Below are positions 26,132 through 34,778 of a DNA stretch of 64,000 nucleotides, piece by piece. Numbering within the stretch: position 1 is the stretch's first letter; every line of letters begins with the position of its first letter. The stretch lies in sequence record OP617745.1. The stretch is one strand, 5' to 3'. Below the pieces are notes generated by a model. The model was not told the DNA's origin and made no database searches. It saw nothing but the letters and a program-made list of their open reading frames with translations. The position numbers and the translations under genes were made by a program.

Positions 26132-26213
26132 TTGACTAATGTCAGCCCTTTTGGTATTATATATTCAATCCAGCGAAATGGTCTAACCCTCAAGGGTGCC
26201 GAGATGTATCTAT
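26132..26213 (+). ncRNA. terminator-embedded promoter plus two-hairpin RNA motif copy
   Basis: TTGACT-17-TATTAT; CCA-GCGAAA-TGG; ACCC-TCAA-GGGT GCCGAGATGTATCTAT. Confidence 0.55.
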
Positions 26214-26394
26214 AGTTTAATGATTTTAAGTACTCAAAAATAATTATAAAAAGTACTTGCTAGACGTGAATTCTTTTAAGAATTCACTTGTATTTGTGAT
26301 TCAGTACTGCCATAATATATCCAAACAAGGGAAACACGTTGTTTCCCGATAATCTACAGCAATAGTGCTGGTGGATGAACCAGGAGTAATAACC

Positions 26395-26691
26395 ATGCAA
26401 GACAAATCAATTCATGTTCAAGTAGTTTCAAGCCGTGGCTATGATGATGTAGTACTGGATATCATGGTTAAAGATCTGCGGGACTATGCAATCATTGCAC
26501 GTCATATCATGGTTAACTCCATTTGTATCAGTACTGGTGCAGACCTGGAAGCTAACCGCTTACATATAGAGGAACATCTATACAAAGCACGCATGAATGA
26601 TAGTAGTGTATTCATCATTGAAGGTGCTGAGGGTAAAGAGTATACCGTATACCTTCGCCAGCACCTGGAAGTAGAAAAAGAAGAAGATTAA
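26395..26691 (+). CDS. hypothetical early protein
   Basis: SD AGGAG before ATG 26395. Confidence 0.75.
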   Translation: MQDKSIHVQVVSSRGYDDVVLDIMVKDLRDYAIIARHIMVNSICISTGADLEANRLHIEEHLYKARMNDSSVFIIEGAEGKEYTVYLRQHLEVEKEED

Positions 26692-26782
26692 TTTATAAAA
26701 AGTACTTGCTTTAATAGTTCAGTACTGTATACTGTTTATCAAGGGGAAGCAATAGTGCCTCCCCACTCATAGGAGATACACC

Positions 26783-27181
26783 ATGTTTACTATCACTTCT
26801 CGCCAGGATGTTCTGTACGTTGCTAAAACTTTTGGTCTGGAAGCACTGGATCATATCATCCGCAACAGTACAATGAATGCTGATGCAAATCGGATTATCA
26901 TTGATACTCGGTCATGGGCCGCCAATGAAGTCATTGCCATTGAACATGTTAACGATGGTAACAATGTCTATGAAGTGGATGCATGTTTCAATGCTGTTAA
27001 TGTAGCAGGTATGTATATCACTGGTATTGATGATATCACTATCGTTCGATCTGGTATGGGTAACTTCTCCATGCCTTTACGTTCAGCAATGGAAAGAAAA
27101 GAGATCAGTACTGAACAATGTGCAAATTTAATCAATGAGATTACAGCACGTAATGAAGCGGCTGCTATCCTTTACCCGTAG
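26783..27181 (+). CDS. hypothetical early protein
   Basis: Own promoter, leader hairpin, SD. Confidence 0.8.
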   Translation: MFTITSRQDVLYVAKTFGLEALDHIIRNSTMNADANRIIIDTRSWAANEVIAIEHVNDGNNVYEVDACFNAVNVAGMYITGIDDITIVRSGMGNFSMPLRSAMERKEISTEQCANLINEITARNEAAAILYP

Positions 27182-27200
27182 TAGTTCAGTACAGTACTGT

Positions 27201-27235
27201 AAGCCCATAGGATAAACCCTGTGGGCTTTTTCTTT
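27201..27235 (+). terminator. intrinsic terminator ending the early region
   Basis: AGCCCATAGG...CCTGTGGGCT-TTTT. Confidence 0.75.
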
Positions 27236-27586
27236 ATGGGTAATATGATTGGGTAGGTTATGGTATAAGTACTGTCAGAATTGATTACAGGAGGATAACA
27301 GAAAAATTGATTAATTGATTTCAGTACTGAACTGTCATTGAGAAAAAATATTAGTCAAAAAATAATTGACTTAGTTTAAAAATTAGGTAGTCCCCTATGT
27401 GATCTATTTTATGCATGAACTGTGAATAATTATTCACTTGATTTAAGTGCCATTAGGCTTAGCGTCTTCGTATACTAACATATTAGTATTAAAAATGTAT
27501 AATATTAGGAAAGAAATATTTGAACAAATTTATTTTTAACGATATATTTGTATATAGAATAACTTTAAATGATCAAAGGATGGTAA

Positions 27587-28408
27587 ATGCAAACAATAGA
27601 AAGACATGGTAGAACATTTCATTATATGACATCTGATGAAATTGAATATATACCCAAGTCATCAAAAACTCGTTCTCCGCAAAGTTACATAGAACAAATT
27701 GAAGAGAAACATAAGAACATAAAAATACTTGGATATCGTATAACAGATTCATCAGAATTTCACGGTAATAGTACTGAAATACTTTATGAGTACAAGGGTA
27801 TACTTTTATCGTGTGAGACAAATCACTTACTTAAAGCTACTAAAATTGGTGGTGTAAGTTATAGAAAATGGGGTTTTGAATATGTAATAAAATGCGTATT
27901 AGATTATTACAACCCAAAGATAAAATTACTTTCATACAAAATTTCGGATGATGCATATCGTTATTCAAGTATATATGTTAAATGTGATGATTGTAATCGT
28001 GCATGGACTATATCACAAACATCACCACTTATACATAATGGAATAAAATGTAAATGTGAATGGAAAGAACGTTCTACTCGTGTTAATTTTGATGGTACTA
28101 ATAGTGCATATTTTTATGTACATAAATTCCAATACGGTACTGAAACAGTATATAAGTATGGTATAACTCATGATCCAGAAAAACGTTTTTATATGTTCGG
28201 TATCAATAATGATATTCATTTTGAAAACATCATATGTGTAAAGTTCGAAAATGAGTTATTGGCAGTTGAGCTTGAAACAACACTGAAAGGTATCAATTGC
28301 ATTAATCATATGAAACATATTGATATAAAAGATGGAAAACAAGAATTAACAGATGAAGACGGATTAAAGTTTATTATAGAAGAACTTACTTATATGGAGA
28401 AAATATAA
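27587..28408 (+). CDS. putative homing endonuclease (Zn-knuckle plus GIY-YIG/T5orf172-like domain)
   Basis: CDDC...CKC; YFYVHKFQ...VYKYGITHDPEKRF. Confidence 0.65.
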   Translation: MQTIERHGRTFHYMTSDEIEYIPKSSKTRSPQSYIEQIEEKHKNIKILGYRITDSSEFHGNSTEILYEYKGILLSCETNHLLKATKIGGVSYRKWGFEYVIKCVLDYYNPKIKLLSYKISDDAYRYSSIYVKCDDCNRAWTISQTSPLIHNGIKCKCEWKERSTRVNFDGTNSAYFYVHKFQYGTETVYKYGITHDPEKRFYMFGINNDIHFENIICVKFENELLAVELETTLKGINCINHMKHIDIKDGKQELTDEDGLKFIIEELTYMEKI

Positions 28409-28569
28409 ATTGTATATTACATTAAAAAAATAGTACTGAACTATCCATTACATCCCAATCTGAACTCTAACCCTCTACAATGGGGCTATTTTATGCCCCT
28501 CAAAAAAGTTTGACACACAATGAGATTTATTTTAAATTACATTCTAGACGCCCACGCTGGAACTTATAA

Positions 28570-28758
28570 ATGAAGATACTTACAGAAGATGAAAGAATTC
28601 TATTGGAAGCACTAATATATTCAACATTAAAGAAACAATATGTAGCCAAAGATTTGATGTTTATATTTTTGGGTACTAACTATCAGGAAATATATGTTTT
28701 GAATTATATAGATGCATTGAAAAGAAAGTTAAAAATACAAGCACTGAGTAACACATAG
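28570..28758 (+). CDS. small protein, LGTNxQ family
   Basis: FIFLGTNYQEIY. Confidence 0.75.
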   Translation: MKILTEDERILLEALIYSTLKKQYVAKDLMFIFLGTNYQEIYVLNYIDALKRKLKIQALSNT

Positions 28759-28900
28759 TACTGAACAATTTATACTATTCTGTACATCATTCTGTACTAC
28801 ACTAATTGAAATTCATGGATATAAAACCCTTGTCACCCCAATAAAACTGTGATATGATGCAATTAACATGTTTTTTTATAATTAAATCAGGGGACACAAA

Positions 28901-29101
28901 ATGAAAACCAGACCATATTATGATGAAATAGAAGAAGCTTTTTCTGATGGTAATACATTAAGAAGCATTGAATTATTTTTGCTTCGTAGTTTAGGTACAG
29001 CACTTCAAGAAGAGTATGTACAAGAATACATAAATCATTTGATAACTAAGTCAATACTAAGACATATTCAAAACAAAGAGATAGTGTTAGATGATATTTA
29101 A
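28901..29101 (+). CDS. small protein, LGTNxQ family
   Basis: LRSLGTALQEEY. Confidence 0.75.
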   Translation: MKTRPYYDEIEEAFSDGNTLRSIELFLLRSLGTALQEEYVQEYINHLITKSILRHIQNKEIVLDDI

Positions 29102-29133
29102 TGATGTAACCAATGTCTTGAACAGGAATAGTA

Positions 29134-29499
29134 ATGCAGCCTAAATTAATAAATTTTATAAAATTTGATTCAAGAGTTTTTAAATCATGTCAAGAGTATA
29201 CAAAAAGATATTCAATTCAACCTAATACTGTTAGGGTAAAAGAAATCTATCTACTTCATGCACTGGATACTAATGTACAATACGGGTACTCATTACAGTA
29301 CATTGATGCATTAATGCAAGAAATAAAAAGAAAGTGTATATGCGTGTACATTACTGGTATGAATTATGAGAAGTTCAGATTTGCAGTAAAAGACTGGAAC
29401 GATCCTGCTGTGGTACTGAAAGAATGTGAAACGATGAAAGAAGCCCTGGTGTTTATCAAGACCAACAATTATCTTTGTGTAGAAAATTTATCAATTTAA
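29134..29499 (+). CDS. LGTNxQ-family protein with C-terminal extension
   Basis: LHALDTNVQYGY; tail similar to 32814-33161. Confidence 0.75.
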   Translation: MQPKLINFIKFDSRVFKSCQEYTKRYSIQPNTVRVKEIYLLHALDTNVQYGYSLQYIDALMQEIKRKCICVYITGMNYEKFRFAVKDWNDPAVVLKECETMKEALVFIKTNNYLCVENLSI

Positions 29500-29596
29500 C
29501 TAACCTTTGTTTGCATTAAAAGTAGACAAAGGTTTTTCTTTTTGCTATGATATCAGTACTACATAATTGTATCAACTCATTGGTGAGGAATCAAAA

Positions 29597-30004
29597 ATGG
29601 CAAAGAAAAAGAAAAAGATTGACAGAACATTACGGCATCCTAAGTACAGAGTTCAATATCATGATAGTGAACAGATAGAAGTAGATTTGGGAGGTGGAAG
29701 TAGGTTAAAATATGCTAACAATGCATATGTGAATAATAAATTTGTATTAACATTGTATAAAAATTTCAAGTATCATTCAAGTAATGATCTTCTTGATTAT
29801 ACATTTATTAGTACTGAAGAAGAATTATTTCAGCATTCTTTGCTGTGTACTGTTGATATTGATTTTTCTGTACTGGTACAGTTACAGAAAGCTTTAAAGC
29901 ATCAAATGTATCAATATATTTTTCCAAATAAACTGGAAATGATTAACATGAAGAATAGATATGTTTTGGATATTACTGGTGCTGGGATTGAATTAGAAGA
30001 ATGA
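29597..30004 (+). CDS. hypothetical protein, FQxS-motif family
   Basis: TEEELFQHSLL. Confidence 0.8.
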   Translation: MAKKKKKIDRTLRHPKYRVQYHDSEQIEVDLGGGSRLKYANNAYVNNKFVLTLYKNFKYHSSNDLLDYTFISTEEELFQHSLLCTVDIDFSVLVQLQKALKHQMYQYIFPNKLEMINMKNRYVLDITGAGIELEE

Positions 30005-30189
30005 AAACAATATCGGAATCTGAGTACAATGAAATAGTTTCTGAATGTATTAGAAAACGCAATGGAAATTGTAATTTTGGTAATGTAAGAGGTAGAGAAA
30101 TTTTACTTATTGCATTTTTAGATACAAATTTACAAGAGAGCTATTATCAAGAATATATTAAACATTTAATTCATAGTTTACACAAATGA
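30001..30189 (+). CDS. small protein, LGTNxQ family
   Basis: IAFLDTNLQESY. Confidence 0.75.
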   Translation: MKTISESEYNEIVSECIRKRNGNCNFGNVRGREILLIAFLDTNLQESYYQEYIKHLIHSLHK

Positions 30190-30503
30190 AAATAAAAGAA
30201 CATAAAAAAGTACGTATAGAGAGAATGGGTAAATTATATACTTTTAATTACAATAATAATGTTATATTTTACAGTACTGTAATGAAACATTTCTATTCTA
30301 AGTACGGAGTAGTTCCTACATTTATAGATTTACCCAGTGATGAGTTATTCCAGCAATTATGTTCTTACGATGAATCAGAATTGGGATTATCTATATCTGA
30401 ATTTGAAGGATTACAGATATTGTTTAAATTCAATGAAATTCCTAATTTGTGTTATGTAAACATACAAGATGGATACAGTTATATCTATGAAGTTTTTAAC
30501 TGA
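30186..30503 (+). CDS. hypothetical protein, FQxS-motif family
   Basis: PSDELFQQLCS. Confidence 0.7.
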   Translation: MKIKEHKKVRIERMGKLYTFNYNNNVIFYSTVMKHFYSKYGVVPTFIDLPSDELFQQLCSYDESELGLSISEFEGLQILFKFNEIPNLCYVNIQDGYSYIYEVFN

Positions 30504-30694
30504 GGTCGCGTACAGCAATGAAAACTACTAAATTTGAATACAGAATTCAAGTATTTGATGAGGATATTTTGTGGTCTTACGAATATTATAAAAATGAGTA
30601 CAAGAGTGAAGCGATAGATAAGGTTCTGAGAAAAATGATACGATTAAAGTACTGAATAATCATCTAATATTAGAATTTTTTATAGAGAAGATAC

Positions 30695-30880
30695 ATGCAG
30701 GTTATTGTGTATTATACATCCTTGGAGATGACAGAGGAATATGTATTTCAATTAAGTACAGTACATGAATATTTTTCTGCTATTATAATGATTACAGAGT
30801 TAAAGAAAAGAATTAATCGCAAGATGCGTGTTCATGTACCTGATTTCAGTACTGAATTGATCAAGTACATTGAGATATAA
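30695..30880 (+). CDS. FQxS-motif family fragment
   Basis: TEEYVFQLSTV near the N-terminus; possibly truncated. Confidence 0.55.
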   Translation: MQVIVYYTSLEMTEEYVFQLSTVHEYFSAIIMITELKKRINRKMRVHVPDFSTELIKYIEI

Positions 30881-30953
30881 AATGTCTTGACATTGGCTTT
30901 TATTTTTGTTATTATAAACCATCATTATCATTTACAAAGAGTAAGAAAATAAA

Positions 30954-31598
30954 ATGACTACAAGTGAATTATCTGAACTGTTTGGAATTTTATCAGTACT
31001 GATGCCTAAGATTGAAAGTAATCCACATCATTTATTGAGTCCAAAAGCACAATCTATTTTCAGTATTGAAGAACTCGTGGATATGGAATATAATGTATAT
31101 CGTGCTTATTTCAAAGCTATTGAAAATGGTGAGATCATTCCAAAAGAATATCTTGTTAGTATTAATGAATTGAGTTCTTACACTCGTTGTGAAATCACTC
31201 GTCGTAAAAGTTATTATAATGCTACTTGTACTTGTGAGCGAGTATTAACAGTGAAAGAAAATTCACATGATTTTAATGTAATTAATCTTACTGATGATGG
31301 TAAAGTGAAAGAAGTTATGTATCATCCTACATCAGAAGAAATTATGATCAACAAAGGTGGTGTTTGGGGAAGTCGACATAAAATTAAAATTCCTAATTAC
31401 AAAGACTATGATGATGTTGATGCTTACATGTTTCAGTTAAGTACTGTAAAGAATATTAGTACTGAAGAAGAAAATATTATGAAGTTCTTTATGTTCTTAC
31501 AGAAGTTTAAAAGTTCACGAAAGCGTTTGCCTAAATTTAGTACAAACATTAAACTGATTTCATTATCTAAACTGCTGGAGTTGTATGACCAAAATTGA
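30954..31598 (+). CDS. hypothetical protein, FQxS-motif family
   Basis: DAYMFQLSTV. Confidence 0.8.
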   Translation: MTTSELSELFGILSVLMPKIESNPHHLLSPKAQSIFSIEELVDMEYNVYRAYFKAIENGEIIPKEYLVSINELSSYTRCEITRRKSYYNATCTCERVLTVKENSHDFNVINLTDDGKVKEVMYHPTSEEIMINKGGVWGSRHKIKIPNYKDYDDVDAYMFQLSTVKNISTEEENIMKFFMFLQKFKSSRKRLPKFSTNIKLISLSKLLELYDQN

Positions 31599-31863
31599 AT
31601 ACTATTCAGTACTGAATATTCAGGAAGTGTGTAATGAATTATACTTCACTCCTTATACAGAAGTATTGCGTTCTGTACTACAATCACTACAGAAGGAATT
31701 CAATGCAAAGTACAAAGGAACACCAGTACGAACAAAAAACAATGAATTTGTCTATGAGACTGTAATTGATTATTATATTATATCCTTCATTGATTGTGTG
31801 TTCAAAACTGATATTGGCTGTAACAGATATTTTGATGAAACCGTTATGATCATTGGGAAATAA
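31585..31863 (+). CDS. small protein, FNxKY family
   Basis: LQKEFNAKY; near-duplicate of 33880-34164. Confidence 0.8.
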   Translation: MTKIEYYSVLNIQEVCNELYFTPYTEVLRSVLQSLQKEFNAKYKGTPVRTKNNEFVYETVIDYYIISFIDCVFKTDIGCNRYFDETVMIIGK

Positions 31864-31866
31864 AAA

Positions 31867-32148
31867 ATGACTAAAGATGAATATAAATCTGTTTCTATTA
31901 TTAGAAAAATGTGTGATTCTTTTTACAGAAACACACAATACGGTACTGCTATGCGTTCAGTACTGAATACGTTATCAAAAGATTTTACTCATAAGTATCA
32001 TGGCCGAAAAATAAAAATTAATACTATTAATTCAGAATATTACACAAAAATTAAAAAATACAAGATTACATTAGGTGAATGTGATTTTCGTACTAACACC
32101 GGAATCAATGGTTCATTTTTTGGTGATTATGTGACGCTATGTGATTAA
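31867..32148 (+). CDS. small protein, FNxKY family
   Basis: LSKDFTHKY. Confidence 0.8.
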   Translation: MTKDEYKSVSIIRKMCDSFYRNTQYGTAMRSVLNTLSKDFTHKYHGRKIKINTINSEYYTKIKKYKITLGECDFRTNTGINGSFFGDYVTLCD

Positions 32149-32218
32149 AAATGTTTTTTTTACTTACCATGTTAGTACATAGAAAAACAACCATGATATT
32201 TAATATAAAGGAAAACGT

Positions 32219-32468
32219 TATGAAACAATTGTTTAAAACCATCTGGAATTCACTGTTTAGTAAAAATACCAGTACTGTTGATAGTACTGTTACTGTTACT
32301 ACAAATACACAAAGTACATACATTCCGGTATATAGCGATGAAAATCCATTCTATACAGAAGAAGAGAAGAAACAATGGATTGAGGATGAAGTACGTTTAC
32401 GTAAAGAAGAAGCAGAGCGTATGAAACTTGAAAAAAGTAATAAGAAATGCAACCAATGCAACAAATAA
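32219..32468 (+). CDS. hypothetical protein
   Basis: SD AAGGA before ATG 32219. Confidence 0.7.
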
Positions 32469-32638
32469 ATTCTGACTATTATTACAGTACTGTACAGTAC
32501 AATATGTATTTAAGTTCTTTTATGAATTTAAAAACGAGTTCAATAGACAAAATAAACAAAGACGTATATGAAAGTATATTGGGTTGTTTGAATCATAGTA
32601 TTCATACATTATATAAATTAAAAGGTACGTTGGGATGA
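32447..32638 (+). CDS. small hypothetical protein (LYxLxGxL tail)
   Basis: C-terminus shared with 32635 and 33576. Confidence 0.6.
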   Translation: MQPMQQINSDYYYSTVQYNMYLSSFMNLKTSSIDKINKDVYESILGCLNHSIHTLYKLKGTLG

Positions 32639-32817
32639 TTGATAATTACCAGCAAATAAAAATACTATCTGAGTATTATAAAATTGATACTAATTATATA
32701 GTACGGATGCCTGTGGAGTTGGATGAATCTTTACATAAGTGGAGATATTTTTCAGTACTACAGAATTTGAATTTTGTCATTAATAGTTTATATGAATTAC
32801 AAGGTAAATTACCATGA
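32635..32817 (+). CDS. small hypothetical protein (LYxLxGxL tail)
   Basis: NSLYELQGKLP. Confidence 0.65.
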   Translation: MIDNYQQIKILSEYYKIDTNYIVRMPVELDESLHKWRYFSVLQNLNFVINSLYELQGKLP

Positions 32818-33161
32818 AATATAAACGATGTGATGATGGATATCTGGCTGCCAGGTATTACAGTAAATTTGTATCTACAACTAATAAAGATGATCTGCTA
32901 TTACTTATGTTAGTAGGTACAATTAAACAAGAAATGGCGGCTGAAAGATATATCAACACGTTAATACATAAAATGGTACTTAAACACAGGCTGGTTAAAA
33001 TTAGAACTATTGGTGGTTATGAACCTTATAAGTTTGGTGTATTTTATCTTGACAATACCAATTTAGCTGCTTCTGATTCTATTATAATTTGTGAGTCCAT
33101 TGAAAAAGCGGTTCAGTACTGTAAAAATAATAATTATAAATTTATTGGTACAGAGGTATGA
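32814..33161 (+). CDS. LGTNxQ-family protein with C-terminal extension
   Basis: LMLVGTIKQEMA. Confidence 0.75.
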   Translation: MKYKRCDDGYLAARYYSKFVSTTNKDDLLLLMLVGTIKQEMAAERYINTLIHKMVLKHRLVKIRTIGGYEPYKFGVFYLDNTNLAASDSIIICESIEKAVQYCKNNNYKFIGTEV

Positions 33162-33164
33162 ATT

Positions 33165-33416
33165 ATGATGAGTTTAAAATTTTATGACCATTTACCGAAA
33201 AGTATAAAATTCAGTAATATACAATATTATACATTAGAAGATTGGGAAATGCATTATCGAAAGATACTCGGTTTTTCTTTGGGATTTGAAGAAACTGAGT
33301 ACCATGAAATATATTATAATTATTATATTGAAATATTAAAATGTATGATACATAAAGATTATGAAATTTTAATTTCCAGATATATAGTGCAGAGTAAAAA
33401 TGGATCAAGAAACTAA
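33165..33416 (+). CDS. hypothetical protein (degenerate LGTNxQ-like)
   Basis: ORF track. Confidence 0.65.
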   Translation: MMSLKFYDHLPKSIKFSNIQYYTLEDWEMHYRKILGFSLGFEETEYHEIYYNYYIEILKCMIHKDYEILISRYIVQSKNGSRN

Positions 33417-33567
33417 GAAGAAGTTAACAGAACTTATTGAAGCATCTATTAATGCTGAGGGTGCTTTCTTTGAGCACTACGATAAGTACGATAAAAAAGG
33501 ACGAGTATTGTGGGAGAAGCGTAATAGTACCAGGAAGGAGTTGGATGAATTTATTTCTAAATTGTGA
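33400..33567 (+). CDS. small hypothetical protein (55 aa)
   Basis: Manual ORF MDQETKKK... Confidence 0.6.
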   Translation: MDQETKKKLTELIEASINAEGAFFEHYDKYDKKGRVLWEKRNSTRKELDEFISKL

Positions 33568-33575
33568 GGAAATTA

Positions 33576-33767
33576 GTGAATAGTCCAAATGGTAGTGCAT
33601 CAAGAACCCAAGTGCATATGTTTTATATTAATTTATCTTATATTATCAAAGCAGGAAAAAACACTAAATTTAAATTGTACATAGATCTAAAGGAAAGGGA
33701 ATTAGATCAATTTAGCAAGTGTATTATAGAAATATACAAAATTCAAGGTAAGTTACCACCATTTTAA
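33576..33767 (+). CDS. small hypothetical protein
   Basis: GTG after SD GAGGA; EIYKIQGKLP tail. Confidence 0.6.
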   Translation: MNSPNGSASRTQVHMFYINLSYIIKAGKNTKFKLYIDLKERELDQFSKCIIEIYKIQGKLPPF

Positions 33768-33879
33768 TACATTCTGTGTACTTTTCACTTCAGACTCACC
33801 GTGTGTATTTTTAAACACTTGACATGTAGTAAGATCTGTGTTATTGTTATCATTGTAATAATAAAAATGGTACATTATA

Positions 33880-34164
33880 ATGACCAAAAGTGAATACTAT
33901 TCTGTACTGAATATTCAGGAAGTGTGTAAAGGTTTATACTTTACTCCTTATACTGAAGTTATGCGTTCTGTGTTACACTCATTACAGATGGAATTTAATG
34001 CAAAGTACAAAGGGACACCCATTTCCATAAAATGCTATAATGAAGATTTTGGTGTTTTAATTAATAGTTATAGTATAACATTTATTGTTTGTTATTTTGA
34101 AACATCGGGTTCTATGGCAGTGACAAGAAAATATTTTGATTCTGATACAAAGATTAGGAAATAA
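33880..34164 (+). CDS. small protein, FNxKY family
   Basis: LQMEFNAKY. Confidence 0.8.
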   Translation: MTKSEYYSVLNIQEVCKGLYFTPYTEVMRSVLHSLQMEFNAKYKGTPISIKCYNEDFGVLINSYSITFIVCYFETSGSMAVTRKYFDSDTKIRK

Positions 34165-34224
34165 AAATGGTGTAATCTTTTATACATCCAACAATCTTTA
34201 AAAATAACGGGTAATTACTGTATC

Positions 34225-34500
34225 ATGACTGAACAAGAATACAAATGCACAACGCATGTAATCGGAGTATTAGGTGATATTGAATCAAAGTATCGCAGTA
34301 CAATGCTTACTATCTTATCAATGCTACAAACTGATTTTAATAAAAAGTACGCACAAAGAAAAGTACAACTAACTGTAGGTTCAGGTGTTAAAACCAAAAC
34401 AATCAAAGGGTATTGTATTGGATTTAGATATGTGTATTTTACTATTACCAAAGGATATAAAAGAGATCATTTCAATGAATTCACTACTTTGTGTTCATAA
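34225..34500 (+). CDS. small protein, FNxKY family
   Basis: LQTDFNKKY. Confidence 0.8.
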   Translation: MTEQEYKCTTHVIGVLGDIESKYRSTMLTILSMLQTDFNKKYAQRKVQLTVGSGVKTKTIKGYCIGFRYVYFTITKGYKRDHFNEFTTLCS

Positions 34501-34509
34501 AGAGGGATT

Positions 34510-34776
34510 ATGAAAAGAGATAAACATTATAAACAAATTGAATTCATTTATAAACTCGCACGAAATAGTGATGCTTACACATATATTTCTTATGAATCAT
34601 ATCTCAAAGAAGTTGTTGTTTTGTATCTTAAAAAGTACAAATCAAAAAAGGTTGATTCTGGTACTTACATCATAGACGATATTAAATTTTTATACGGTGA
34701 ACTTCGTGTATACCAGAGAAGAGTAAGTGATGGTATGCTTTTGTGGGATTCTATCTGGAATACAAAAATAGATTAA
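34510..34776 (+). CDS. small protein, FNxKY-related
   Basis: LYLKKY. Confidence 0.7.
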   Translation: MKRDKHYKQIEFIYKLARNSDAYTYISYESYLKEVVVLYLKKYKSKKVDSGTYIIDDIKFLYGELRVYQRRVSDGMLLWDSIWNTKID

Positions 34777-34778
34777 TT

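Noticed and set aside
27217-27226. CCCTGTGGG here and at about 63572 as extra RNA-motif copies
   Set aside because: Both lack the adjacent GGGTGC...ATCTAT context and the promoter; they are parts of other hairpins
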